A stretch of DNA of 64,000 nt from sequence record MK250029.1; one strand, written 5' to 3'. The notes below the pieces were generated by a model. It searched no databases, had not been told where the DNA came from, and saw nothing but the letters and a program-made list of their open reading frames with translations. Shown piece after piece: positions 31,007-45,916 of this stretch; within the stretch, counting starts at the first letter, position 1; every line of letters starts with the position of its first letter. A program made the position numbers and the translations under genes.

Positions 31007-34000
31007 TATATTGCATAACCAGAATTTCCAGTTGATTTATTATCAGAATTTGCATTTTGTTTTGCTTGCCATGCTCTATCCATTGCAGCTTTATCAACAT
31101 CCTAAAATTTATGTATATCATCAACTATATATGTATTTCGTTTAGGTTGTTTTATTGATTGCATCTTCATATGTTTATGAGGCGGAATATGAGGCTTATT
31201 ATCCTATAACTTCATATTTTTCTATCTACTTCGTAATTCATCATATGTTGATTCTATAATATCTGCAAGAGATAACATATCTTCTGTACTTATATTATCT
31301 AATTCATTAACATCTATTGACGTTAATGCTTTTAATTTTTCTGTAAGTTTTTTATCATCTGTAATATTTACTAATTTCATTTCTGGTTTATAATCATTAT
31401 TATCAGTAATATTATCAAATAACATTGCAGAAGGAATATCATCTGTAATAACAGGTTTATTCATTACCATTTCTGATTTTTCATTAACAGATGTATTAGA
31501 AATAAATGGAATATTTGCAGTTGAACTATTATTAATATTCTATGTCATTTGCATATCAATAATACTTTCATTCTTTAATGGCTTACTCATTACCATCTTT
31601 GTTTTATATTCATTTGCATTTAATTCTGTCATACTCATACCAGGATTATTATCAACAAATTCTGTATGTGTCATCTGCATATTAGGTATAGACGAATCCA
31701 TATTTAATCTTGTCATATCCATATTAGATAATGAAGAATTTGATATTACTTCTGTCATTTTCATACTCGGATTTTCAGTAATCTAATCGATATTAGTCAT
31801 TTTCATATCAGATGTAGAAACATTCATATCAAGATGAATCATATCCATATTTGCAATAGATATATCATTATTAGGAGTTGTTAATATCATATCAGGTAAT
31901 GATGTATCAGTTATAGGGTAAATAAAATCCATATCAGAAGTAGAAGTATTCATATCAAGATGTGTCATATCCATATTTGCTATAGATGAATCTTGTATTA
32001 ACTGTAACATCTAACCATTAACAGTAGAATTATTAGATATAAGCTTAGTCATATCCATATTTGCTATAGATACATTCTAATTTAATATTGTCATATCCAT
32101 ATTTGGATTTGTCTATTGAGAATTTAACATAACCATATCAGTAGGATTTGTCTAATCTGTAATTTCTACATTATGCATTAATATAGATGGTTTAAATGTT
32201 TCATTTTCTGTTGGAATTAAACCTGGTTTTGGTTTTGAAAGATACATATCCATTGTTGTCATTTGATTATGTGCCTAAGGTCTTGCATCACCTTCTAATG
32301 GTTGTAAATTATGATGTTCTTTACTAATAGTCTATGGATTATTTACTAATACCATTGATGAATTACTTACATCCTATAATACTGGTATAAATGTCATAGA
32401 ATTATGGTCTGAATTTATATTATTAGTAACTAAATTCATTGATGCATTACTTGTATCTATATATGTTGAATCATTACTCATATTCATATCGTTATGATCC
32501 GTATTTAATTCAGGCTTTATATACTCCATTGAATTATGTTCTGTATTAATCTATGTTTCTACAAATGCCATTGAATTATGTTCTGTATTCATAACAGGTG
32601 AAATATAATTCATATCATTATGATCTAAATTCATTTCTGGTTCTACATAATTCTAATAAGACTTACTAAGATTAAATTCTGGTTCCACATAATTATGATG
32701 TTCTTTCTGTAGATTCATTTCTGGTTCTACATAATTCTAATCAGCTTTATCAAGATTAAATTCTGGTTCCACATAACTATGATGATTTTTATGTAAATTC
32801 ATTTCTGGAGAAACATAATTCATATCATTATGAACTAAATTCATTTCTGGAGAAACATAATTCTAATCAGATTTATCAAGATTAAATTCTGGTTCTACAT
32901 AATTATGTTTATTTTTGTCTAAATTCATTTCAGGTGAAACATAATTCTAATCAGCTTTATCTAAATTCATATATGGTTTAATATAATCCATAATACTATG
33001 GTCTAAATTAAACTCAGGCTCAACATATGTTTGATGTGGTTTATTAAGATTAAACTCTGGTTTAATATAATTCTATTTAAATTTATCGAGATTAAATTCT
33101 GGTTTCACATAATTCATATCATTATGATCTAAATTCATTTCTGGTGAAATATAATTCATATCATTATGTTCTAAATTAAATTCTGGAGTTATATAATCAT
33201 ATTCTGGTTTATCTAGATTTTCATCAAGCTCAGTATAATTCTATGATATTTTATCTAAGTTTTCATTCAGATGAATATAATTATGTTCAGGTTTTTCAAG
33301 ATTTTTCTAAATAGAAGGATCAATTAATCTAAAACTTGCATCACTTCCAATAATCTGAATTTTTGGTTCTAACTTAGTTACAGATGTATCTATAATACCT
33401 GGATCTATTATATTATAATATGCATTACTTCCTACAACATAAGTATTTCTTAACATATGTAATAACATTACCTTTATACGATTTTTCATCTATTGCTAAG
33501 CTTTAACAACATCTGGACCGTATAAAAGTTGCTCATGATCATATATATAAGACCATTCATATGGTCTCTATAAATCATTATAGAACTAATCTCTGTCAGG
33601 ATTTCTAGAATCACGAACTAATACAGGTCTTGAATGAATAACTTTTTTAAGATATTTTTTCAAATCCTTCCATGAACTTATAGTATAAAGATTATCTCTT
33701 ACATTTGCTTCATGCCAACTATTATCTGGTAATTGTGGACCATATACATCTGCAGTTCCATATAATTTGTCATAATCTGCATTATCACCAACTTTATGTG
33801 TAATTTCTTTATCAAAATACGCAGTATATTCAGATGGCATCATAAACATACGTCTCATCCACCTTGTTCTGAAATTCGCATGATTATCTGCGTTAGTTGA
33901 TGTATAGTCATTTCTTTCTGATATAGACTAAAAATCAGAAATCCAGTTAACTGTATTTTTTACATTCGCATTCTATTTACTATCAGTCTAATTAGGATCT

Positions 34001-35040
34001 AATGCATCTATCTTTTTCATTAAGCCGTTAGAATAGAATGTTTTTACATTTTTTACAGAAATTGTTATTTTTGTTTCGGCATCCTTATGTTCATCATATG
34101 CAGTAGCATATTCATTATCCCATATTGATTCAATATCAATTTCACATGGACCGCATTCTAACGCATATATAGGAAAATCGTTTTGCTCTACACTATATAC
34201 AGCAGTTGCATTTCCTGTTGATTTATCCCATTTATAACCAGTCTATAAAATACGTCTATCAAATACATAGATAATCATTTTGAAATATCTATATATATCT
34301 GGTAATATCCATCTTTGCCAAACATCATCATATGCAGCTTTTCTATACATTTCCAATAATGTACGAATTTTCAAATCAATCCCTTCATAACATTCTAATG
34401 TAATCTTCGCATCCTTAAGTCGTACTCCTTTTCCCGGTTCAAATGATGTCAACTTTTCTAATCCAGTAATTTTTTTGAACAGATAAGGCATACTTCTCTA
34501 TATTTCATAAAGGCCTTGAACAAAGGTTTTAATATAAGATGCGCGCGCATCTTCATTTCTGTTCATCAGATAATTATATGTATTATAATGTTCCTAATTA
34601 CTCCAATTTTCCGTATTATCAAATTCTAAAAAATTTAAATCAAGTAAACCCATTGGAAATTGATCATAATCTTCATAATATATGTTATTATAAAGACTTG
34701 TTTTCTATTGGTTCTTTATTGTTTCTGTATCAAGAACTGAACACCCCCAATCACCAAATTCAACTTTAAACATAAGTCGAGTAGGATCTTCAAAACCTGA
34801 TCTGAATACTTCAGAAGGCATATCAGCACCATATTCATTTCCCATATGAAATCGTTCCATGATTTCATTCTGTTCCATAAATCGTCCAGATGATAAAATC
34901 CACGATTCACTGTCAGTTACTTTCTACTCTAATTCATTTGTTTTAGTATCTCCAGTAAGTAATGAATTAAATCCTTTTAAAAAATTGTATGCAGAATTTG
35001 TCTTTTTATTTAAGCCTTTTAATGTACTAAAAATACCCAT
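31006..35040 (-). CDS. Large putative tail/baseplate structural protein with 14-aa tandem repeats, 1344 aa
   Basis: Track ORFs 34243, 33586, 33307, 31783, 31540 and 31222 are all one frame joined by TAG; the globular N-terminal part (FEDPTRL...CYEGIDLKIRTLLEMYRKAAYD) looks tail-tube-like, by eye only. Confidence 0.6.
32480..33300 (-). repeat. Coding tandem repeats, 42 bp/14 aa: (Q/H/M)NY(V/I)(E/S/K)PE(F/M)NLxxxx
   Basis: Recurrent aaattcatttctgg / agattaaattctgg...acataatt units with 42-bp period. Confidence 0.85.
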
Positions 35041-35056
35041 AATTTAATTAATCATT

Positions 35057-36607
35057 TTATTTTACTGGTGTAATGAATGGTGTTTTATTAGGATTATTCG
35101 GTGTATCTACCAATATCAATTTACTTTCATTCCGTGTTACTGGTGAATACATATCTAATTTATAATTATCTCCTATTTCATATTCATTTTCATATAATCT
35201 GATATTACACATCTATATATTACATCCCATATCTTCTATACTAAATTCATGTACAGAAAAATCAGATATATTCCAAGCAATATTTGTATCTGTTTTAACA
35301 ACATCTCCTATTACGCGATCACCAACTTCCTTCGGTGTACTTATTAATATTCTAGTATTATCAGGTGATATATCTAACATAATATAAGACCATATATCAA
35401 ATTCAAAATTAATAGGTATATGTTTAGATTTATTACCTACCTATATCTATAATTCATTCTATCTTATAAGAACGTCAAATGTTATTTTACTATTTTCATC
35501 ATAACCTCTGATTAATTTATAAATATTAGTTTTATAAATTTTCAAAAATTGTGAATTTTCATACCATTTTGTTAATTTCTTATTTGCTTTTGCCATATCA
35601 GAATTTTTAATGGCAATACCCAATGATTCAACACATTCATCAAGTTCAACAACAACTGCATTAACTTTTATTAATGTTCCTCTTGTTATTGTTACATTAT
35701 CTCCTAATTCTAATTTTATTGAAGTGGAAACTCTAAAATACCAATTATCAGAATCTTTAGAATAATATACCAATTTTATTACTTTACTATCTTGAATATA
35801 ACTATTGAGAAAACACCAGCATGAATATATAAGATGATTTCTTGATGATGATATTTCATATAATAATTCATCATTATATGTAATATTTTTTGATGCAATA
35901 GAAAAATCATAATACGCATTTGATATAAGATTTCCATTTGAACCAAATATCTAATTTGATACTATAGAATCTATGTCATAATCCTTCTGAGGATCTACAT
36001 AAGTTGTATTATTATATGATGTTTCTACTGGTGCATCTACATCTGCTACTTCTTCTGATATAGTATCTCCAAATAATTCTTCTTGTGATGTTGTAAGTTC
36101 TTCTACAGAATCTCTAAATTCCTATGTTTCTTTTCTAGATGCAGTTGGACTATATTTTGATAAAATAACTTTATAATATGTAGGTAATGCAGCTATTGTA
36201 TAAATTAATTCAGAAGACTACACTTCAAATAATTTATGATAAATCTATACATATACAATATCTCCTTTCTATGGCATAGTATTATTTCCAAACATATTTT
36301 GCCATTCCTATATAGTTATATTAATTTCAAGTGGCTAAACATAATTAAGACCATATAAATCAATAGTATATTCACCTGGATTATAGTCTGGGTTTGAAAC
36401 AATAACTTTAACAATTTTAGGGCATTCGAGACCTACCTATGTTAATGTATATTCCTATAAAACAACATCTTCAGAATTGATGACAGGTGTTGCACGCGCC
36501 CATAAGCAGTCTGTTCCAACAGTCTCTGTCGCAGACTGTTGGATTTCTTTTATTGTTTCATACGCGGATTTTATAATTTCATTAATATCAATTCCTAAAC
36601 CTGTCAT
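35057..36607 (-). CDS. T4 gp14-like neck protein with a C-terminal extension, 516 aa
   Basis: IDLYGLNYVQPLEINITIQEWQNMFGNNTMPQKGDIVYVQIYHKLFEVQSSE resembles gp14 FGMQVQDEVTLSI...PKEGDLIYF...LFEINWVE. Confidence 0.7.
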
Positions 36608-36609
36608 AA

Positions 36610-38319
36610 TTAATTATTTAATGTTTCATTTATTTTTTGTTCCATTGAAGATAATTCATTACATAATTCTTTAATATTACGTATACGTATCTTTATTTGA
36701 TTACTATCTTCCTGACATTTTTTTAATTTCTATTCTTTCGCCCATGTTGACATATATGTGTCTTCCTTATTATTCGCATATGTATCTTTAAATGATGATA
36801 TAGCAATCTATATATTACCATATTGTTGTAACATATTATTTAACAATTTACTATATACACCATATAACATCATAAGTGATTTAAATTTTATAACGTCATT
36901 CCTATATATATTTTTAATTTCATTACATAATACTTTACCTGTTTGTGTAAATGCCTATAACTATGGTAATATTTCCTTTAATTCTTTATTAAAATTAGAA
37001 ATGCCTATTTTTGATCTATTCTATGCAATTAATTTTTTATATCTCAAAATATTAGCTCTTGCTATTTTATTGCAATAATCATCTGTTCCATATAATTTCT
37101 CATAATCATATGATTCTAATTTTCTACCAAACGCAAAGAGTTCTGATGATTTTCCACCAGCATATGGATGATATTTTCCTAAAATATCTTTAGTCCATTT
37201 ATATATCTTTCGTTGCTATTCTTCAAAATCTAATTTTCTCTGATGTGTTTTTTCTGTATCCAATTTAAACTCATTGTATCCTTTTAAATTAGAATCATCC
37301 ATTTTTCGTTTACCATTATCTTTAGTCGATATAACATTTCCATCATAATCTTTATGTCCACTTTCTGGTATATAAACAATGAAATAATCATCATTTGAAT
37401 TTCCCCAACCTGTAAATTTATTTAACTTACTTGATTTTGAATATGGATTCGCACCGACTTTCTATAATTTCTTTTTAATGCCATTATATGTACTTATATA
37501 TTTTGATAAATCTAAAAAATTCTTCACAAAACCTATTCCACATAATTCTCGTTTATCACCACCACGAGATAAACGAGCAACAGTAGGATATGTTAATACA
37601 GTTCCGTCTTTTAATGCCTATGTTAAATTATTAACAATAAGATTATCTTTCCTGCATGCGTCTTCAATAATTTCCGGTGTTAATTTATGTGTTTGAAAAC
37701 TTTGCCAAACACGTCCATCTTCAAATGTTATATTTTCATTATCTATAGCAAATAATACCATTCTACCATATACAGAAACAACAAGAATTTTACCTTCTGA
37801 ATTAAACCAAAATATTGCATATTCATTAATGTATTGTTTTAGATCCTTATTTTTCTTTAAATCCGATACGGTATACTTTTTAAAGTTTTCATCTGTTAAA
37901 TTAAATAAATCCAATTTATTCATAGGGAAAGTTCCATCAGCATTACTTAATATTACAGAAGATAATACCTATGGATCTGGTTTAATAAACAATTTTGATG
38001 TATAATCTTTGTATAATTCTAATGTTTGCATATATTTGTTATGTAATGCTTTCTTCTATTCATCTGTTTTTATAGATTCATGTTGATAACTATACGAATC
38101 ATATGCTTCAGTTGAATATACAGGAAATGTATTAGAAATAATATCATTTAATATTTCAAATTGATCTAATGCTTTTTTATACATTGTTCCAGGATATGGT
38201 TGTTTATAATATGTAAACATCTTTCCTTTATCATTAAGAATATCATGAATAACTGTGTCTGACTATAAACGTTCAGTTAAATATTTTTCAGTAATATATT
38301 TTTTTAAACTAAATTGCAT
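36610..38319 (-). CDS. Hypothetical protein with LTE N-terminus, possibly head-internal, 569 aa
   Basis: MQFSLKKYITEKYLTERL; continuous code-15 frame that includes track ORF 37618. Confidence 0.7.
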
Positions 38320-38344
38320 AATGATAGATTTATTCTATTTTTAT

Positions 38345-38381
38345 TATTTATTTGATAATATAGTATATGTTGAAATAAATA
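38345..38381. promoter_or_regulatory. Divergent pair of AATAAATA late-promoter boxes
   Basis: Minus-strand copy 38345-38352 (ATG 38319) and plus-strand copy 38374-38381 (ATG 38410). Confidence 0.55.
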
Positions 38382-38409
38382 ATAAAACCAATATTTTATT
38401 ATTTACAAA

Positions 38410-40998
38410 ATGGGACTTAATATTAATAGTATAGGAGAACAATTCAAAAACGGTTTTATAGATAAATTTAATAAAGATATATCAAATGAGGATTTAGATA
38501 GAGTTATTTCACAAATGACAACATTGGTTAATTCATCTATGTACTCATAGGAAAACAGTCCATTATATGGTACATTTAAAGCCGCAATAGATTCATCTAA
38601 ATCATTAGATAGTTTTGAACCTGGTGGCTCAATAAATGATGAAATAACAGAATATCGTGCATGGGATCCAAGACTTGCACGTGTTGATGGTTTTGTGTCT
38701 CGCAGTTCAACAAGTGATGATCATCCTACTGTTGTTCCATTCGCTTCTGAAACAGCAGCAGGCGCATTTTATGATTTAGTATTTACTGTAGAAAAAGCAG
38801 TAGGTGATAAAATAACAGGATCTACAACGCATAAAGAAAAAACAAAAGAAACCGATAAAAATGGACAACAACAAACATCGTCATCAGAAAAATATTATAC
38901 TGTAACAAAAGATGGAGAAACAATACCAGATGTTAAGTTATCAACTAAAAACTTTTATATATCTAATAGTTCTAATGGACAAAAACTAAGAGATACTATA
39001 TTAAATGATGGTAATTCATATGGTGTTGCTTCTATTGTTAACCCATATACATTAACTAAATTATGTGGAGGACTTGTAAAAGTAAAATCAAACAGTACAG
39101 AAAAAAACAGTGATGACATATAGGTAGAAAACCATATGTATGATATACGAAATTCACGTAGATTTTATGGAGATATAATGGAAAATGGTGGAGATGTTTT
39201 AACAGTATCAAATCCTACAACTACTAATATTATTACATGGAGTAATAAAGATAAATGGGGAAGAACGCCTTATTATTTTTAGGATTTTGTATTTTGTAAA
39301 TATTGGAATGTTATACCAAATAACAGGTTAATTACATTAAGAAAGTATCATGCACCTGTATATGATAACCTTCAATTTTCTAATATGTTTGATGGAACAA
39401 CCGCAACACCATTTGCACCTATTGCTACTGTTATAACTTATTTTGGTGATGATACTGGTAATACATTATCTTCTTTATTTGGATTTACTGCAGGTACTAA
39501 ATGGAAAGAAATAACATCTGATGTATATGATGTACAAGGAGAAAGTGGTTCAGATCCTCATGCACTTATTGATGAAATGTTTACTGGAGGTGGAGGATTT
39601 CCTACAGGTGAATCGAATGTTATGAAAAATATTATTGGTGGTACTAATTTATTAACAGGAAAAATGTTTTCATTAGGTAAATTTGTTGGATTATTAAGTC
39701 CAGGTGGTTATAATATGAGTAAGGATCAGAAAACATTTGATATATTAACAAAAGCAAATGTAGATCCATCTGAAGAACTTTATAGTAACAAAATAAAAGG
39801 ACCTGTTAATAGAATTAATACAACAAAAGCAAGAGATGCAGGAATTACCTTTGATTAGAAATTCAGTTTAACATGTCAATATATAGCAAGACCTATCGGT
39901 GGTGTTAATACAAAAGCAGCAATGCTTGATATTTTATCAAACTGTATGGAAATGGCATCAGCTGATGCTGTATTCTGGGGTGGTGGATATAGGTTTAATA
40001 TACATCCACAAATGTATCCATTTAAAAATACTGCATTTAAAAATAGAATTATGGATGATTTATATGCAGGTAGAATATTCGGTAAAGATGGTGCATTATC
40101 TCATACTGTTGAAGGTATAAAAAGTTTTGGAACAGATTCAACTGGTTCATTTTCATGGAGTGAAATAGGTAAACATTTAAGTGAATATCTTGGTGAAACA
40201 TTGGGTGCGTTAGGCGAAATGTTCAACACATTACAAAACATGGTATTCGGTACAAATGGTAGTTCTATTGGCGATTGGTTAAAAGGAAAAGGTAATGATG
40301 TTGGTGATGGTGATTCTGGAGATAAAGGTGCCAAAAAATTAAATTCACTTGGTTAGAATCTTAATATGATGTGGAGATCTAAAGTTATACAAGCATCAAC
40401 AATGCCATCTATAACTGGTATGCGTGCATTATTAACTGGTGAACCTGTCGGTAACTGGCATTTAACAGTTGGAAACCCTTTAAATCCTATTATGGTAATA
40501 GGTAATCTCATATGTACTGATATGAAAGTTGAAGTAGGAGAAGAATTAGGACCAGATGATTTCCCAACAGAATTAAAAGTAGTTTATACATTAGAGCATG
40601 GTATGCCTCGTGATAAATCAGGAATTCAATCTATGTTTAATAGAGGTAGCGGACGTATATATCAGTTACCCGACTGGATAAGAGCATCATCTGATTATGA
40701 GTCAAAAGTTGATAATTTTACTGGAGGAAGTAATTTTTATCAGCCAAAATATATGAGTGCATCAAAAATGATGGCAATCGGAGGTGCTCATGGTTATTAG
40801 ACATATAAAATAGATAAAGGAAAAAATCCTGCAATGGATGAACATACATCTAATACAGTAATAGCCAAATTTACTCCACCTGACGTAGATGCAGCTATTA
40901 GCAATATTGTTGATAAATCATCTTCATTTTTTGGTTCTAATAATTCATCAAGAGCATGGATTAGAGGTACAGCAGCAACTAGAAAACTTATGAATTAA
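38410..40998 (+). CDS. Putative baseplate/tail-tube initiator-like structural protein, 862 aa
   Basis: Track ORFs 38695, 39385, 39922 and 40366 are one frame; PNNRLITLRKY and WHLTVGNPLNPIMVIGNLIC...GPDDFPTELKV segments; context next to a gp53-like gene. Confidence 0.55.
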
Positions 40999-41003
40999 TT
41001 AAA

Positions 41004-41738
41004 ATGTTTACTTATACAATAGATAAAAAACCGACAATTATAGATTCAAAAGGAAATACAATAGTTAATTTTATTACACCATTATTTACAAAAAATTCAA
41101 CAGGTGTTAAAGACTATTAGATAATGCGAATAAATGCAGATAAGTATTAGATGAGACCTGATCTTATATCGATGGCAATGTATGGTGATATTGATGAAGC
41201 TGAATATATTTTAAAGTTTTCAGGTATTTCAAATCCATTTTCATTAGATAAAGATGATGTATTAAAAATACCGAATGATTAGGAAGTATATGGTATGATG
41301 GAAGTTAATACACCAAGTGATGATAATGAAGATGCAATTGATAATGAAGCAGAAATCAGACATAGTTTTAAATATTATGATCCTACATTAAATCCTTATA
41401 ATAAAGATGGATAGTCTTATAGAGATCTTGAAAATAAGAAAATACCTTCGGGTATTATAGATAAAGGTAAGATTGTTAATAAAACTGGTAATATAATGGT
41501 ACCATATATTTCAGAAGATGGAAGAACTGCTGTTACTATCAGAAATGGTAAAGTATATTTTGGAGAAGATAGTGGTTTAAATATTGCATCATCTGAAAAA
41601 ATATCATAGGTTGCAAATATTACATCAACTATATAGAACGCTATAAATAATACAATGACAAAATTATCAGATTCGAATTGTTTATATAACGGTTCGAACT
41701 TAGCAGATTTTGTAAGAACAAATTTTAATAATAACTGA
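41004..41738 (+). CDS. gp53-like baseplate wedge protein (LysM-like), 244 aa
   Basis: YQMRPDLISMAMYGD...ILKFSGISNPFSL...VLKIP; missing from the track because of TAG codons. Confidence 0.75.
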
Positions 41739-41745
41739 TTGAAAT

Positions 41746-44700
41746 ATGAATACAAAATATCCTATAAATGGTAGAGTTGCTACATTAAATGACTTAGTAC
41801 ATGAATATGGTGCTTCTTCCATATGGCCTAAAAATACTGTTTATTCATTTATCGATACATCAAAAAATATTGTGTCTTAGCCTTTTTAGAATTTGGTATT
41901 TAAAGACACGTTAGATGCTAATAATAAATTTATTGGAGAAAGACCATATGAAATTGTTTATTTCGATAACGTATATTCAACTACAGAAAGAGATAATACA
42001 GGTAAACAAATGAAAATTATACAGCAAAGTGATTCTGTTGTATTTAGTGATTTATATCCTGGCGGAATATCTGGTCATGAATATATAAAAGCCGGTGATG
42101 TTGCAAATCCAGGAAATATAATAAGAGGTAAATATGGTTTTAAATTTATAGTCGCAAGTTAGAATGACAAAAAACAATATTATTATAATTATAGAACATC
42201 TACAGGTGAAGCTACTGTTATGTATGCATTAAGAAATATAATTAGAATATTAAAAGAATATATTTCAAATAATAATACTGATGGTACTCTTGAAAAATCT
42301 TTAATACAAAAACTAAAACAATTATTTATTCCAAAAAAAGACAAAAATAGTAATAATGAAGAATATCCTGAAATTAATAATATTATAGATAAAGATAATA
42401 ATGAGTTAAAGAGTAATGCATATAAGTATTTAGGTGATTTTATATGGACATATAAAAATATAAACATTAAAAATTATACAAGAACAGAATAGTCTATTTT
42501 AAATATTGCGGAAAATAAAGGTTATTTAACGTTAAATAATAATAGTGTAAATAGTATTAATACATTATTAAAAAATTGGTTAGGTGACAATAAAGATGAT
42601 AATTATTCGTATAATCAAAAATCTTTTTATAATCAGCTTAAATATTATTTAAATATTTTTGCGAATTCATAGAGATTTTTTGTAAGTTATGTTACTGGAT
42701 TTAGATTTGGAAAGATTTCAAATAAATCATATTTACAGATTGAACCTGTATTAAGATGTGATTTAGGAGTATTACGTATATATAAATCTCTTATTATTAT
42801 ATCAGCTGTACATGATTGGCAAACAGCATTACCTGCAGGTAAAATATTATATGATACATCGATTAATATTATATTACAATATAAGGTAAAATATAAAAAT
42901 TTACAAACATATAGTTCACCTATTACTACAACAATCGGACCTATATCATTTAATGATATTAAAAAATATAGAGAACCAACGAGTAAGAAAAAAATAGAAG
43001 ATAATAAAGAAGAGATAGAAAATGATATTTGGTATACTTTAAAAACATATGTAGGTGAAAAAGGTAATGGAGCACCAGCAATTCCATATGGTGAAAAATA
43101 TAGTGAAGATGTTAAATATTACAATAAAACATATAAGTATGGTACGACATATTTCCCTGCATTACCATCTGATGAATTTAATAATATTGATACTTCTATT
43201 AGTAACAGCTGGTATTCATTATAGGATCTACAATGGCCTTCAAAAGAAATTTTACAGTTACCATCAATAGATGATGTAAGTAATTCTAGAGGAAACCCTA
43301 AATTTATTAGTCCTGTATCAAATTTAAAAAATTATGAAGATACAAATAATAATAACATATTTGTTGGAGATGCAGAAGATGTTATTGGAAATAAAGGTAT
43401 TGCACCATTTGGTATTTTACGTATACACAGTTCTCTTGATCTATCAGATGAAAATATAAAAGTATCTTCTTATTATATTGATACGTCAATATATAGATGT
43501 AAAAATTATTATTATATTACAAAAGATAATCAAAGTAGTGAAAATGCTACTGTTACATGTTATTTTACTCCAAAATATAAAAGTTATTCTCCATATATAG
43601 AAATACCTATATTTAGGTCAAATGAAATTATACAACCAATATCTCTACAGGATGAATTTTCTAATATATTAAATGCTGGAAATTATTATTCTATACCAAG
43701 TAATTTAAATACATTATATTTTACAGTACAATCTGGTACTGCAAAAACAATAACATATGCATCTGGCGTTACAAAAAAGTTGGATAATAATGATGCAAAA
43801 TATATTACTAATAATACATTTGAATTTTACTATCAAGATCAAGATTCAGCTGATAAAGATTCATGGATTAAATATACTGGTTCAGACATTACAGTTACTA
43901 TGGCACAAGGTAATAATATAGTAAATCATTATGAAATATCATTTTATTTTTCAAAAATAGAAAGTAACTACTGGCGCATTAAATTATCAGACATTAATCA
44001 AAATTTTTACTTTAGAATTAATAAGATAAAGGAGGAAGAAACTAAAACTAAACTGTCTATATATAATTTATCTGTAACAGATAATATGGATGGTACTACA
44101 GAATATAAATTAGGTATTTATCCAGGAAAACCAAATGATTTATCATTAAAATATGCAATATTTATTGATCCATCAGATGACAAATTTTTAACTAAATAGA
44201 ATGCATTATCTATATTTGATAGTACGTTTAATAATCAATCTTATGATGTATATACTATTGATACAGATAACAAAAAATCTTTATACATATAGTTAATATC
44301 AATAAAAACTAGTGAACAATATATCTCAAATTCTACAAAGAATTTTAATAATATTAAATTATATGTTGCATATCCAGACTCGAATAATAAGTATAAGTTT
44401 TCTAATACAACTATATTTTATGGAGAATATCAAGATTCACGAGTAAAGATTGAAAATTATATAAATAAACCTAACATATATCTTTCATTTGAACCAATAT
44501 ATATAATAAAAACTGGAAAAATAACTGCAAGTAACGATGATAATGTTATTGATGACTATAAGCATTTTTTTGATCCTAAAAATTTTAAATTAAAATAGAT
44601 AACATTAAATCATTCAGGGAACATAAATACAGTAAAAAGTGATGGTACTTTTATTAATAGTATATATTCAGAAATCGTATATATAGACTCCGATTCTATA

Positions 44701-45282
44701 TATATTGGTACAAAAAAGTTATCAGATATTATATTTAGTGATAACAATGATATTAATAATTATTTATTTGAATTTTTAATTATATTTAACAATATTACTA
44801 AGAATGAAACGAATTAGATAACAATTAGCAATAATACTGATAATTTTAATAGAGATAATTTTAATAAATTACTTAAAGATAAAGCTTTTGCAGGAAATAA
44901 CGAATATTATGTTAGTATATAGTTAAAAATGTTTAGATGTTTCTCTAGTTATTATACTGTTTCTGTTGACAATACAATCGATACATCGGTTTCATTTAAT
45001 ATTACAATTAATGATTTACCTCCAGAATATCATGGTAATGATATAACTAAAGATAATACATATGATTTACCAAAGAGTGTGCCGTCTGGAACAAAAATAA
45101 CAGTTAACCATAAATTTAATTAGGAAATTAATCCAGAGCTAGTACAAATTATATTAAAAAATACAAAAAATAATGAAATAGCAAACTATAGTTATAATGA
45201 TACTATTACAATATATGTAAATTATAATATTACAATCTCAGTTACAATATCTACACCAGATACATCTAACAATAATCCTTAA
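41746..45282 (+). CDS. Large putative structural protein, 1178 aa
   Basis: Track ORFs 41893, 42220, 43780 and 44929 are one frame joined by TAG; TAA 45280-45282. Confidence 0.6.
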
Positions 45283-45328
45283 AAATAAAAAATCCAAACA
45301 ACATCAAATTGTTTGGATTTTTTATTTT
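45281..45328. terminator. Bidirectional terminator
   Basis: AAAAATCCAAACAA...TTGTTTGGATTTTT. Confidence 0.75.
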
Positions 45329-45381
45329 ATAAAATAATTTATAAAGTTAACAGTGGGAATATTCATTTTATTAAAAACATT

Positions 45382-45858
45382 TTACTCAAGACCTAACTTA
45401 ATACGGTTAGAAATAAGGTTCCATACCGTATTTGTAATAAAGTTTTCCTTAAGTTTCTTACCAACAGCAGGTTCAATATCTGATTTAAATGTTTCTACTA
45501 CATATTTACCATTTCCAGAACGATATGCTTCTGTAATAGCAACAAGATTTTTCTTAGTCTGTTTCTCTATATAAAGACGAATATCATCCTTAGTTGAATT
45601 CGCACTAAGAGTAATCATATTTTCATTTAAGAGTTTAATGCCTGCTTTATTAATTCCTGTTTTAGGTGACCAGTATTCAAATACTTTCTTGGCCATTTCT
45701 TTTTTCTGATCAGCAGGAAGATCTGACATATTTCCAGTAATCATATATGTCTCTTTAAGTACGTTAATAACGGCTACTTTCTGAGATTCATATAATTTCT
45801 CACGAGCCTCAAGTACCTATTTTTTACTATTATTATATACTGTACTAAAACTTTTCAT
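45382..45858 (-). CDS. Putative head core/internal protein, 158 aa
   Basis: MKSFSTVYNNSKKQVLEAREKLYES; AATAAATA 21 nt upstream. Confidence 0.65.
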
Positions 45859-45916
45859 TTGCTTGAATTTAAATGTTTTTATTTATTATTTTATTTATCT
45901 ATGTTTTTATAAAAAA

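Noticed and set aside
32480-33300. Regular 42-bp repeats as a possible CRISPR array
   Set aside because: Units are degenerate, frame-preserving and lack unique spacers; they are coding repeats of the 1344-aa ORF
36610-36625. TAAATA as a late promoter for the gp14-like gene
   Set aside because: Lies in the last codons of the upstream gene and is too close to the ATG
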